In this document: piece by piece, positions 1 to 12,819 of the stretch
Layout of the letters: each line of letters starts with the position of its first letter
How positions within the stretch are numbered: position 1 is the stretch's first letter
Assembly: GCA_013239625.1 (NCBI GenBank)
Contig: MU053557.1
Coordinates: forward strand, 1,619,063-1,683,062
Origin: Lama guanicoe
Lineage: Eukaryota
DNA length: 64,000 nt
Direction: 5' to 3'
Position numbers and translations under genes: made by a program
Notes under the pieces: generated by a model
The model's database searches: none
What the model saw: the letters and a program-made list of their open reading frames with translations, nothing else
What the model was told of the DNA's origin: nothing

Positions 1-489
1 CCAGAAGCATAACATGGATTTAATTCATCCGCTGAGTCCAAAGTCCATGCTTTCTATAACACTATACTACTTCCTAAGACCACACTGCTAGCAGCTCTAT
101 GATATAATATTAGGAGTAACAACAATATGTCTTTGTTCAAATAAGCTCCTTCAAAAATATTTCCTATCCCACAACTAGAGATTTATTCTTCTTAGTTGCA
201 GGATGATCTATGTTTTAAAAATAAGTAACTCTTAAAAATGAAAGAAGCTATTCAGTCTTTTTTACTTAAATGTGAATGACTTCCCAGATCTTCTTGTGAG
301 ACCAACTGATAATGGAGAAAGAGAGAATGAGAGCTTAGGATACATGAATATAAGTAAAAGAAAATGGTACAAGTCAGAGCACAAGAAAAGAATTTCTGGG
401 CAGCACAAAAAATCAATTTGTCCTATTTTCAACCTGACCCAAGATTTACCCTGTCTTTTGTTCTATTATTGGCCAAGAGATTAGATAGA

Positions 490-730
490 TTGGTAATAAG
501 CAACATGTGGGTTTGGAATTGACTGGTTCAAATCTCTTCTCCACAGCTAGTTGCCTTTGTATTCTTGGACAAGATATCTAACCTCTAGGTTTTACTTCTT
601 TCATCCATAAAATGGAAATTACACTACCTATCCCACTGGATGGTCATAAAGATTAAATTAGAGAGTATATGCTTAATGACTATTTTTCTATAAGTGGTAT
701 TCAATAAATGACAACAGTCATTAGAAGATG
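490..730 (+). mobile_element. MIR SINE (ancient, degraded)
   Basis: MIR-core-like text: ggttcaaatct...cttggacaagatatctaacctct...tcatccataaaatgg...gattaaattagag. Confidence 0.7.
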
Positions 731-849
731 GAGAATGGAGATGAGATAACAATAGTGTCAGGTGGATTCAACTTGGTCATAGGACTGCGTCTAAAAGATA
801 CTAAATTCAATGCTCATCAAATATTCTTGTATTTCCCTGTATTTTTAAC

Positions 850-1023
850 TGCTGTATACTTAGATTGGGGTCATACAACTAGTTCCAGCTATTGAACTAT
901 CAGTAGACGGACATGGAGTAAGCATAAAGCATGAGTGAAAAATAAAATTTGGTGTGGAAGTCACTGAGATTTCAGGGGTTAATTTGTTACTGCAGCACAA
1001 CTTAGTCTAACCTGACTAATAAC
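850..1023 (+). mobile_element. MaLR MLT1-type LTR, 3' part
   Basis: Typical MLT1 end: cactgagatttcaggggttaatttgttactgcagcacaacttagtctaacctgactaata. Confidence 0.65.
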
Positions 1024-1039
1024 ATATGAATGATTGTCA

Positions 1040-1530
1040 TCCTAGAGTCTGTAGTGGTATGCAGGAGTTCATCCACAGCCACGCCCAATGTAACATTACC
1101 ATCAATGACTGGGTGATCATTTGCAGCTGATCATAGCATGACAAAAAGCTGGGAGGAACAACTGATTAGATAGATGATAAAATAACAGGCCCCAGAAAGG
1201 TCTCAGGAGACTGAAACTATGATCCAAATTGAATGTCACAAAACTTAACTTGAATAAACATCATCTCTTACACACAGCTCCAAAAACTCAACTTCCCAAG
1301 CATAAAATTGGAGAGGAAGGATGCAGCAGTGGTGTGTACAAGGAATTCTGACGGATATTTACCATGCAAATAATTGTTCAGCAAAGGTACACCTTGTGAC
1401 CACTAAAGTGAGTTCAATGTTACATTAAACGTGTCCTAAATAAGCCATTAAAAGCCCCATTCTCTTATGCTAGCCAAATACTCCTTGAGTACAGGAAGCC
1501 ATGTGAGGATAATAGGTCCTGGGGAAAAAA
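1040..1530 (+). mobile_element. L3/CR1 LINE fragment (decayed reverse-transcriptase region)
   Basis: gacaaaaagctgggagga...gatgataaaataa...aaaaactcaacttcccaagcataaaattggagag resembles the CR1 RT DDTKLGG region and the sequence after it. Confidence 0.6.
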
Positions 1531-1599
1531 GTCTACTTAACAGTAATCCATTTTAAAGAGTGTGCTGGAATCTTCCATTAATCCTCATAATTTCCACTC

Positions 1600-2015
1600 T
1601 CCTTCTCCATCCTGTTCCATGCTTAAGAAAATGGATCTATTTGCACTCTAGCTTCTAATTAGTTTTGGCCATTTGGAGGCACTGGCATGAGATGAGAGGG
1701 CAGGAGGGGAGCGAAGTTAAGAGTATTTATTTGCTGGCTTCCTCCTTGTGTGATCACCATGAGTTGGCTGTGTCCCCATTCTCTACCAAAAGTGGCACTT
1801 TCCAGACAGTACTCTTTCTGAGTTCAAGTAACTCCTCTCTCCAACTGACTTCTCAATCTTAGGCGAGGTTATGGCTTCCCACTACTGCTAACCCTGAGGC
1901 ACTGTATTATCCCTTGGGAGTTTCTCGAAAGCCTCTCCAAACCTTTGTAAGTAAACTCTCCTCAACTACCAGTATGACTGTGCCTTCTGCTTCTATCCAA
2001 GATTGTGACTGATAC
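1600..2015 (+). mobile_element. ERVL solo LTR (LTR33-like)
   Basis: ggccatttggaggcactggcatgagatgagagggcaggaggggagcgaag...tatttatt...ends tgactgataca. Confidence 0.65.
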
Positions 2016-2389
2016 AAATCAAGCAAAATGGCATAGTACATAATAAACAAAATGATAGTTTGATTAGGGATTTTATGTTGAAAAATGAAACTGAGCATAA
2101 GGAAAATAAGTTAATTTTATGTGCACTGAATTTGTTGCAACTTGAATTTTGTACCTTTTTTAGAATAAACAAAGAAAAAAATAGGCTTTTGCTTGTTTTT
2201 GATGTAATTTGACCAACATAGTTTTTATGGCATTACTATAGGACAACCTTTATTTTTGTTTAATCTTTTCTCACAATTATAAATCTTTGCAAAAAAAATT
2301 CATGTCTTTTGCAATTTTCAAAAAGACAGCTCCTAATCGTTTTTTTCTTCAAATCATCCTGTTTGAAGCACATACTATCCTCTACTTTT

Positions 2390-2443
2390 TTTTTTTACTT
2401 TAATGGATATAATCCTTTTTTTTACTTTAATGGACATAATCCT
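2390..2443. repeat. 27-bp tandem duplication (2 copies, 1 mismatch)
   Basis: tttttttactttaatgga[t/c]ataatcct occurs twice in tandem. Confidence 0.9.
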
Positions 2444-3102
2444 GTCAAATTCTCCTTTCAGAACAGTTTCCCATGTGGTTGGAGTAGTTCTCCAGTTTCA
2501 CTTTAACGAATTTCATAGAATTCTGTGTTTTGCATAGTTTTCAGTTTAATTTTTACAATGAATTTGCATTGGACAGTTACATCAACTACAGTTAGTGAAT
2601 ATTATCCTATTATGACCATGCACCCCTCTATGCAACTTCATAGCTGCAATGACTGGCATGAGTCCTGGGCAAATGAGAATCACTGTATACTGTGACCCAT
2701 TCTGGCCACGAAACTTTGAGAGGGACAAAACCAACAGAATGCAACCAGCAGCCTACAGAGAGCTGGATCCTTGTGGATGAAGGTGTTGCCAATATTAAGG
2801 CTCTGTATCTTGGCAGTTATGACCCCACAAAGACCCAAAGACAAACCAAAAGAAAACAGTCCAGCTAAGAGAGCTCTAGAGAGTCGTCTGTTCCACGTGA
2901 CATCTATTGTGTGTCAGAGCCCAGCAATGAGTTAGTCCTCCAAGCCTGATTCAGAGAAAAAATTACCAATGTTTTAAATACATTAGTGTTAAACAATGGT
3001 CTCTCCAATTCCAACCTTCTCTGATCAATACAACAAAATACATTGCAAAAGGACTACGGGCAGAATTTTACATTTTCTAGGGGCCTTACTTTTGACTCTG
3101 TG

Positions 3103-3432
3103 TGGTAGTCCTTCCTTATCCACAGGGGATATCTTCCAAGACCCCCAGTGGATGCAAGAAACCAGGGATTGCACTGAACTCTGTAGTATATACTATGCTT
3201 TTTCTTCTATTAATGGGCAGGTAGCGTATATAGCGTGGATATGCTGGACAAAGGTTATGATTCACATCTTGGCCAGGACAGAGCAGGAGGACACCAACTT
3301 TCACCAAACTACTCAGAATGGCATGTGGTTTAAAACTGATGAACTATATTTCTGGTAATATTTTCAGGCCATGGTTCACCGTGAGTAACTGAAACCTCAG
3401 AAAGCAAAACCATAGTTAAGGGAGGACTACTG
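3103..3432 (-). mobile_element. MER44-like non-autonomous Tigger (TcMar) DNA transposon
   Basis: Terminal inverted repeats ggtagtccttccttatcc ... ttaagggaggactactg; internal text resembles MER44; accounts for the 2996-3358 ORF. Confidence 0.8.
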
Positions 3433-3951
3433 GAGCCCAAGGAGACCAAAGGCATTTACCGCTATGCACCCAAACTTCAAAAATATTAAATTCGCTAAAT
3501 TTTGTATATCAGATGGAGAACCATACTTTCTATACGTTTTCTAATACATATGCTGATTCATGGAGGGTCCAAAATCATCCCAAGCCAAGATGCTTCCAGA
3601 CAGAATTGGGAAAAGACAGAGGTAAAGCAACAATGGAGGAGCCAGTATGCTAATATATGGCCATGGGAGGCTCCTGCATTGAAGGAGTAACGTTAGAGCA
3701 GCAGGAGGGAAACAACTCTTCACTTGTCGTTTGTGCCAACTCAGTTAATAAAGTTAGAAACTTAGCATTACACCTCTGGTACTACAGTCTCAGGCCTTGG
3801 CAAGCTTAATATTTAAATATCCCTCAATACCGGGAAACTGAAATGTTCTCCTTACAAAATGCTAAGAAGCTTGTCTTCAGACATCTGTGGGTTTATCTTC
3901 TAGGAGAGAATTCAAGTGTAACTCCTTCCCTTCTCATAACGGTATTCAATA

Positions 3952-5238
3952 TGGCAATCAGTGAAGTTAGAGCACTCCCTCAAACCATACACAAAAATAA
4001 ACTCAAAATGGATTAGAGACTTAAACATAAGACAAGACACAGTAGATCTCCTAGAAGAAAACACAGGCAAAACATTATCTCACATATATCTCAGCAGTGT
4101 TCTCCTAGGGCAGTCTACCCAAGCAAAAGAAATAAAAGCAAAAATAAACAAATTGGACCTAATTAAACTTATAAGCTTTTACACTGCAAAGGAAACCGTA
4201 AGTAAAACAAAACAACAACCTATGGAATGGGAGAAAATATCTGCAAAAGATGAGACTGACAAGGGCTTCATTTCCAGAATATATAAACAGCTCATACAAC
4301 TTAATAAGAAAAAAACAACCCAATCTAAAAATGGGCAGAAGACCTAAACAAGCAATTCTCCAGTGAAAACATATGAATGGTCAATAGGCACATGGAAAAA
4401 TGCTCAATATCACTAATTATCAGAGAAATGCAAATCAAAACTATAATGAGGCATCACCTCACAGAAGTCAGAATGGTCATTATTCAGAAGTCCACAAATG
4501 ATAAATGCTGGAGAGGCTGTGGTGGGAATGCAGTTTGGTGTAGCTATTGTGGAAAACAGTATGGAGATTCCTCAAAAGACTAAAAATAGATTTACCGTAT
4601 GATCCAGCAATCCCACTCCTGGGCATATATCTAGAGGTTGGAACCCTAATTCAAAAAGACACCTGCACCCCAATGTTCATAGCAAAACTATTTACAATAG
4701 CCAAGACGTGGAAACAACCTAACCATCCATCAACAGATGACTGGATAAAGAAGCTGTGGTATATTTATACAATGGAATACAAACTCAGCCATAAAAAAAA
4801 TGATAAAATAACGTCATTTGCAGCAACATGGATAGCCCTGGAGAATGTCATTCTAAATGAAATAAGCCAGAAAGATAAGGAAAAATACCATATAATATCA
4901 TGGAATCTAAAAAAAAAAAAGACAAATGAACTTATATATGAAACAGAAACAGGCTCACAGACATATAAAACAAATCTATGGTTACCAGAGGGGAAAGGGG
5001 TGGGAAGGGATAAACTGGGGAATTCAAGATTTGCAGATACTTATTGGTATATATAAAATAGACCAAAAAAAGTTTATATTGTATAGTGAAGGGAAATATA
5101 TTCAATACCCTGTAGTAGCTTATGGTGAAAAAGAATATAAAAATGAATATATGTCTATTCCTGTATGACTGAAAAATTGTGCTGTACACCAGAAATTGAC
5201 ACAATATTGTAAACTGATTATACTTCAATAAAAAAAAA
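3952..5238 (+). mobile_element. 5'-truncated LINE-1 (ORF2 C-terminus with frameshifts, 3'UTR, polyA)
   Basis: ORF2 motifs [35 protein letters not shown] split across 3 ORFs; polyA at ~5230; TSD aa[c/a]ggtattca at 3938-3948 and 5236-5246. Confidence 0.95.
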
Positions 5239-5429
5239 GGTATTCAGTAAATAGTCCTTATTTGTATTTCTTCACAGGCTCTCTAACATGCTGTCTTTAG
5301 AAGGCTTCTCAGGCAGAATCAATGTCTCCCACCTCCCACATGATACTTCTCATTGCCTTCCAGAGTCTTGGGTCTTAGTCTACCTCATTTTGACATGTAG
5401 TTATCTGTCTTCCTCCTGATATTAGATGG

Positions 5430-5550
5430 CAAAGAACACATCAGAATCACCAGAGAAGCCGTTTAAAGGCAAAGATGTTCAAGACCCAGCCATGAGAGAG
5501 TCTGATTCAGGAAATCCAGGCTGGAGACAAACTTTGATGTGTTTGTTCAT
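5430..5550. mobile_element. MER5-like hAT-Charlie fragment
   Basis: cacatcagaatcacc...agagagtctgattcaggaaatccaggctggagac. Confidence 0.55.
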
Positions 5551-5719
5551 TAGTGAGTCATCAACCAGTATATCTGACCCCCTAAAAATCAACAATGATC
5601 AAAAGAAAATATTCAAATCAAATTAGTTAAGAGTTGAATTTCCTTTTGTGATAGTATCCTGACAAATTCAGATCCCAATGTGGTCATAAGGTATGTTGAG
5701 GATGAGTGCTAGTAAGATG

Positions 5720-5980
5720 TGAGGGCTACAATCATGAACTCAAGAGCTGAGCTGCCTGGGTCTGGACTCTGACTCTGCCGCTTCACACTTATGTGACTTT
5801 GGGCAAGCTGCATGCCCTCTCCACGTTTCAGTATCCTTATTGGTAAAGTCGGCACCCTAAAGTAACTAAGTCACAGGCTTGACAGGAGAACTCTTGAGTT
5901 AATGATCTGCCTAAAGTGCACAGGACAGTGCCAAACTGTGAGTGAGTGAGTGAGTGCAATGCTAGTTAATAATAAAAACT
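5720..5980 (+). mobile_element. MIR SINE
   Basis: gctgcctgggtctggactctgactctgccgcttc...tgtgactttgggcaag...ttcagtatccttattggtaaa. Confidence 0.75.
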
Positions 5981-8124
5981 GTCTAACAAAGTTTATGTTA
6001 GTGGGTGAATTTACTTTTATTTATACCCTTCAAAAGCCCCATAAGTGATTCAGATGCAAAGGCAGAGATAGAAGCCAACTCAGGCAGCTAGCTGGTTTCA
6101 AACTTCTTTTCCAAAGTAAAATGGAGGGTTCCCCTACAGCATTATGATAGCATTTATAAGTAAGATTTCTGACAATCTGACCATCATGAATTCAGCTTTA
6201 GCGACATCTATAATTATCCTTTGGAAATTTGCCCTGAGCTGAGACTTGTCAGACTCCATGTGAGCAGATTCTGCCTTGGAGATTTTCCTTCCTGCTGCTG
6301 TTCCAAGTAACTTAGTTATTAAAAGCACTGGAGGGGAAAAAAAAGTCCTTGGAAGCTGAACTGTTTAACAGTTGGCCATGATTAATAAAATGAATGAAAA
6401 AAATATAAATATCTAAATAAGTGCTTTCCATAGGAAATCCACCTTACTACAGAAAAATAAAATATGAATAAAAGTATGTGTGCCAATTTGGTAAGACTGA
6501 TATCTGGAGAGAAATGATAACTAACACTGCTTTTCATTATTATTATTAATATAAAAACTTAATGAAAAGTGGCTTTGTGACACAATTAAAATAAACAATT
6601 ATGAATATAGTTTACTATATGGAAACAGTGATCAAAATAACATTCATTTAAATCATACACTAGTAAATAAAGGCAAATTAGAATATATTAAATTAATCTA
6701 TGTACATACATGTATATATGTATACATGTAGATATGTATGTATATCTGTCAATCTATCTGTGTAAAATGAATGGGTAATGCAATGGAAAAACTGTTTCCC
6801 CACTAAGGAACAATGTAAAATTTGTCTCATTTTAGTATTAACTGGTGGTTAAACCACTGAGTTGAAAATCTAAGACCACATTGTCACTTAACAAGCCTGG
6901 ACAAAATATTTTAGAACAGATGAAGGGCTTTTTCCAGGATATAATAGTTTTCTGGTTTATCAGGCTATGAAAATAATGAAGTCCAAGACAGAATATTTCA
7001 GGACAGATTTCTAGAATACACCCACCCAGGTCTCCTCATTTCCCAACCCACTCGACTTAAGACAGCAAGCAAGGAAGGTGCCCCTCCACCATTACAACCT
7101 CTCTCCTGCCACCCACCCTGAATTCACTGGTCTGCAAAAAAGAGAAATTAATCTAGTCCCAAATCTAAATAAACAGAATATATTACTAGCACTAGATCAA
7201 CTCCTTCACTAGTCTTGGCCTCCTTGGAGCCACTGACAAGTGTGAAGGGTTTTTGGTGACCTTGATGATGTTGGAAAGCCAACAGCTTCTCCCGCGAGTA
7301 GTTTTCCCAGAAGTCTGCTGAGCCCAAGACCCTCCCCACATTAAAGCACACTTCACAGTTCTCTTCTGATTTGGTCCACTATCCTGATCCATAACTCACA
7401 GTAATCAGTGAGGACCACTATCAGGGCAACGGGTATTTGTCCTGAGGCACGGGCTCACTGGCATTGACTGTCTGCATTATGGAATGCCCAGTGCTCTGGT
7501 TCCTGATATGCTGCATGGAATTTTCTGGTCCCTTCACAAGTCCAGTTATAAAATGACAACACTGCCGGATTCCAGAGTGACTACCCAATATCCAAATAGA
7601 CATATGGAAAGTAATTCTAATTCTAAGTATGTGCTTAGAGAATAAAAGAATCCTAGATCACAGGTGTACTGCATAATATTTTTCCACTAACTACAGGAGC
7701 ATTCTACACTTCACATCCCATTAGCTAGCATGTATTAAGTACCAGCCACGCATCAGGGCCACGGGAATAGAGGCTTAGAGAAGTTACTCTCACTACAGGG
7801 ATGTCTGTCTGATGACAACGCCCTTGCTCTTAAGGGGAATTCCTACATGTTCATGACCTTAGTTGTGCATTTCTCATCCTGAGCCATTCCTATACTCCAT
7901 CATTCTAGCTTCTAACTGTATGGGGTCTTTTTTTTTTTTCCCACGACAAAACATTGGACCGGTGCTATTTATGATTGCCATGACTGGCCTACCCCTGACC
8001 ACGGTTCAGGCTCCTCCCTGAATTGTGATGTGATAGTTTGCTTTAGAAGGTGAGCTTTCTAGTTCTGTGACTTCCTACTTCAGCCTCACCCCAGCCCTCC
8101 TCAGTTCTGCTACTAATATCTAAA

Positions 8125-8650
8125 GCAGAGATCTCAAGCTGGTGGCTTACAGATGGAGTCAAAACCTATTTCCATCTGTCTGCCATATATGCTTTTGTTT
8201 TTTATTTTGAAATGGTTGCAGATTTCTAAAACTTAGAAAAGTTTCACTTTTTTTTTAATTGAAGTATAGTCAGTTTACAATGTCATGTTAATTTGTGGTG
8301 TACGAAATAATGTTTCAGTTGTGCATATATATATATATATATATATTCCTGTTCATATTCTTTTCATTATAGGTTGTTACAAGGTTCCTGTGCTGTACAG
8401 TAGGACCTTGTTGTTTATTTTATATATAGTAGTCTGGATCTGCAAATCCTGAACTCCCAGTTTATTCCTCCAATCCTCCCTTCCCATAAGCCTGTGAGCG
8501 CTTCTGTTTTGTAAATAAATCCATTTGTGTCACTTCCCTTTTGGAAAAATAAAGTGGCGTAGCAAGCACTGGCGAGGACCAGAGAAGAACTCTCCAGTTC
8601 ACCACTACCATTATCTGCCTGGCCCCTCTAGGCTTTTGAGCCCTAAACTC
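8125..8650 (+). mobile_element. MER102-like hAT-Charlie element interrupted by an L1 3' end
   Basis: cagagatctcaagctggtggc... on the left and ctctccagttcaccact...ctgcctggcccct...tttgagcccct on the right. Confidence 0.5.
8248..8531 (-). mobile_element. LINE-1 3'UTR fragment containing a (TA)n tract
   Basis: polyT followed by aattgaagtatagtcagtttacaat, the reverse complement of the L1 3' ends elsewhere in the window. Confidence 0.9.
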
Positions 8651-9602
8651 CAGATTTCACATGGCGATTTGTTTTCCTGTTTTAAAATGCTGTCTGGGTG
8701 TCGTCAGTTAATCTCCACAATCTACTAACCACTCCGTCATAATCTTGCACAACAGTGAACCCTTGGCTGTGTCTTTGTAGGTGGTGCCGTCATTTGATGT
8801 GTGTCAAAAGGAAAACAGAAGGGCCCTCTGCTAAGGATAAAACTTGTGTTTCCACAACCAGGTCTTCTCACAGAGGCATGTTTCACAAAGGAATTGAGTT
8901 TTAGGAGTAATACCACCTTGCATAAAAGAATAATATTACTGTTCTCTTTTCCAGAGTTATGCACTCATAAGCTGTTTTATGGATGACAGATGTGAGGATC
9001 CAGATGGAAAACTACATTAAGCCTGGTGACTCTATCCAGGCAACCTATTACAAGGCCCAAAGGCAGCAACACTAAACTGAGGGACAGAAGCAACGACCAG
9101 CCGTAAGATTACTTGTGATGGGGAGGAATCTGGATAACTAACTTCATCTGACAAGTAGTCAATTCCTTGAGCTTCAGAGCTGTGTTTTTTCTTTGGGGAC
9201 TGCAACCTCTGGCTCGATCAAAGAAGCTAATTAATGATAAACTCTGTTACAGGGAATTAGAACTGACAGCTTAATTCTGTACTCGGTTCTGACAACTTTG
9301 GTGGTGAGAATATTCACTACGTCCCATCAGTAAATCTGCAAGCACGTCAACCGAGGTGACCCAAATAATCACCCCTGATATTACTTGTGTAGGAATCTAT
9401 CCTACAGATAATATTCACATATATGCTGTGTTGTTTATTGAAGGATTCTTTGCAAATGAAAAACAAAGACAAAAGCCAGAAACCTTCTGACGTCTATGAG
9501 TTATCAGTAGGGTAAAGATTAAATAAATTAGAAGACTATCAAATTGTTACTAAATGTAAATTACATGAATGTGGGATCTGTATTCACTTGCTTGACGAAC
9601 AC

Positions 9603-9827
9603 CAGAGGTTGGCACACTTTTCTTATAAAAGGCCAGAAAGTAAACATTAAAAGTTTATGTGTCATAGAGTCTGTATTGCAACTACTCAAGCTTTGCTTTT
9701 ACGGCACACAAGCAGCCATTGCCAATACGTCAACAAATGAGCACGGTGGTGGCCCAGTAAAACTTTATATACGAAAACACGTGGCAGACTAGACTTGCTT
9801 CAGGGGCCACAGTTTGTCAAACCCCTG
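9603..9827 (+). mobile_element. MER58A-like hAT-Charlie element
   Basis: cagaggttggcacacttttc...gcaactactcaa...ccagtaaaactttat...gccacagtttgtcaaacccctg, with inverted ends. Confidence 0.85.
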
Positions 9828-11044
9828 CTAATAAGAATCATAAAACACTGCATTTAATCTACATAGCACCCACCCGTAATCTCTCCACACCCTTCTAATA
9901 AATAATGGAGCTAGCATTTACTGAGTACTTACTCTGTGCCCTACTAAGTCTGCCACAGGCACTAGAGTAATTTTTATATTAAAAAAAATGTTAAGGTAGT
10001 TGTTATCATTCCCATTTCGCCCAATGAGGAAGTGAGGCATAAAGGGTTACATAACTGCCCTTGCTTATAGCGCTAGGGGGTGATAGAGCGGAGATACATC
10101 ACCTCATTAAATCCGCAGCCCGCCTGTGATAAGCTGGGCCGCTGGAAGATGCAGCTTTAAATCATTAAGCACGAGACAAATGGCAGTCAAATTATGAATA
10201 ATTGTTCCTGCTCTAAAGAGGAGGAGACAGAAACACAACGGAGTTGCAAAATCTGCACAGCAAGTCGGTCTGGAGTCACTAATAGACCCCCTGCCTGCTG
10301 ATCCTGCTACAGTTCATTATCACACTGTCTTCCAATTAAGTCACTGCCACTGTCAAGTCAAACAGGGACTTGGAAAATTGTTTCTTTAGGGCATTTCTTT
10401 GTCTTCAGTGAAACAGTCCCAAATCATCACTCCTCCTCTGGCTTCTTGACTGTCACTTTTACCTGCTCCTAACCCTGGAGGTAAATTTATAGTTCTGATG
10501 GGGTAACAATGAGAATCACATTGCAGGAAGCAGTGATCATTAATCTATTCATCAAGGCTGCCAACGCAGACTTACACGTCTTAGTGATAAATTATAAAAA
10601 CATCTAAGAATTAACAGCTTAACGAAGTTGAATTTGATGAGAAGCCAAACTGACAAGCTCTTCCCCCCAAATTATCAAGGCTAATTTTTCACCGATAGGT
10701 AGGAAGCTATAAAAGTCTCTCTCAGAGATAACTGCCCATTAGCCATATATACAGAACAACTTCAGAGAGCGTCTCCCTGCTGCTGCATGCTATTTTCCTG
10801 CAAACCCTCCTCACTGTAAACTAGAACTGCCTTCAACTTCTGGAAATGAGCTGGCAGCCACAACTAGGGACTGCTCACACCAGAAGACAGTAAATTCAGG
10901 AATTCTCAGAGAAGCAATCAAGAGAATTTTAGAATGGTCTCATCTGGCATGTTTCCCTCACTCCTCTGGGTTTCAGGTACACACAATGCTGAGTTGTCAT
11001 AATTATTATCCTGCTATAATTCATGAACAATGGTAGTGTGAGTA

Positions 11045-11245
11045 CCGTATTTCCTCAGTCCTAACATGCACATTTTTTCACATTCCACTCTTCATGTTTC
11101 ACACTTCTCTGATCAGGATGCATCTTGCCTACTGGTCTTTAATGTCACAATACAGCTATTTCATTCAGTACAATGTTCCTTTTTTTCCCCTGGAAAATCA
11201 TGAGTACTTATTAAAGGCATGGCATCTTGAAATGAAGCACATGTG
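11045..11245. mobile_element. MER104-like TcMar-Tc2 element
   Basis: ccgtatttc...atgcacattttttcacatt...ggatgcatctt...ggcatctt. Confidence 0.6.
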
Positions 11246-11259
11246 ATAAAAACTTGAAA

Positions 11260-11750
11260 ATGTAAATAGTTAGCATTCTTTCACTGCAATCAACAGAATC
11301 CAACTCCCGCTAACTTAACAGAAAAATCAGGAAGAGAATGAGTAGAATGGCTGCGGAGGCTGGAGGCCCCAGCTCTGGAATGGAACAATAAACTACTTCC
11401 TGGGCAAAGGGGTTACTTCCCTGTCTCATGAAGGAGCTGGAGTGGAATCAGGTGACTAAGTCATTTGAGTTGCTGTGTTTCTTCTCTCTCTGTCTCCCTG
11501 CTAAGGATGGAAAGATCCTACCTGGCTGAGTTAGGTCCTGTATCAGCCCTGTGGCTGCACTGGTCTGATGTGGAAGTCCCTGGTGCAAGGAGCCTGCAAT
11601 GGACTCCAGGCTACACCTATGAATGCAGGGACCCTGATTCACAGCCCCTTCAAGGCCGTGTACAATGGGAAAGGGGTGCTTCCCGAAAAGGAAAACATGG
11701 CATAGTTAAGAAAAAGGAGGGTATGCTGGGTGGCCAGAGTGCGTCCACAA
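11260..11750 (-). mobile_element. Old MaLR MLT1-type solo LTR
   Basis: agttagcattctttcactgcaatcaacagaatccaactc...aaaggaaaacatggcatagttaagaaaaaggagggtatgctggg. Confidence 0.55.
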
Positions 11751-11832
11751 CTTGGATATTGAGATCACTTTCTTATCACCTTCAGCCTCTGGTTAGATGC
11801 TTTTAACAGTCCTGTGGGATAAGAATGATAAG

Positions 11833-11891
11833 TATTGTACATCAGAAATGGACACATTGTCAAACTGATTATATTTCAATTAAAAAAAAAA
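11833..11891 (+). mobile_element. Very short L1 3' terminal fragment inserted in a MIR
   Basis: tgtacatcagaaatggacacattgtcaaactgattatatttcaat plus polyA; degenerate TSD aagaatgataagtat / aggaatgctaaatat. Confidence 0.8.
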
Positions 11892-12819
11892 GGAATGCTA
11901 AATATGACTGTCCTCACTTTCCAGAAGAAATGTAAGCCCAGAAAGGCTAAATGGCCTGGCTGATTATCTGGTACATGGCAGAGCAGGACTGGACCCTGAG
12001 CCTTCTGTCTCACAGTTTCTACGAACTAAATTGAAGACCAATACAACTAGGAGCAGGGCAGGGGACAAGAAAAGAAAAAGAGAACTTTCCTATTGTAATT
12101 CTTTCTAACGCCCTGTAGGGAGGAAAGTCTTTATCTACAAATTTAATCAGCCTGAGAAATAGCCTGAGCCCTTTGGGCTTACTTTAAGGCCACAGAGGAC
12201 AAATGTCTGAGAGACAGACCCACATTCCACTTGCTGTGTGATCTCTGATGGGAAATTTAACTCCTCCAGGCCTCTCCTTCCTCAGCTGTGAAGTGCGCGG
12301 AACATTTTCCTTGACTGTTTCCCAGATTTATAGAGGAGACAAGATGTAAGAATACAGGTATAAGTACTACAGAAAGCACTAAAGCTCTTTAGTTGTGAGC
12401 GTAAATGACCATTTGCTGGTCTGCTAAGTACAGAATCACGATTTTGTGTGGCACAATTTAGGTTTTCATTAAACTATTTTTCCCCCCAAGGCACAGTTTC
12501 TTTCGAATTTGATCTACGTTTTTTGGTGTTGAAGAACCTAGGATAACACATACGAGCTCATTAATACAAAAAGAAACATTTTTATTTATAGCTTCCCAAT
12601 TGCTTGTGCTAAATGGTAAAATTCAAACCTTTTACTCTGTAAACCTCTTTGTAAACTAAATTCTACCATGAGTATGACATGGACTTGGTACTTACAGAAT
12701 GTCAACAATCTGAGAGAATTAGTCCAATAGTTGATTTCAGGTGGAGTCTTTGCCCAGCATACTTTAAAGTCCTCCATCCTTTTCAAAGGATGCTTTACAT
12801 CAACTGAACCAGCAAAGAA

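Noticed and set aside
2996..3358. 120-aa ORF with a hydrophobic stretch
   Set aside because: It runs mostly through the non-coding MER44-like element.
7148..7603. Cluster of short minus-strand ORFs that could be a processed pseudogene
   Set aside because: No recognisable protein, polyA or TSD; it cannot be supported without a homology search.
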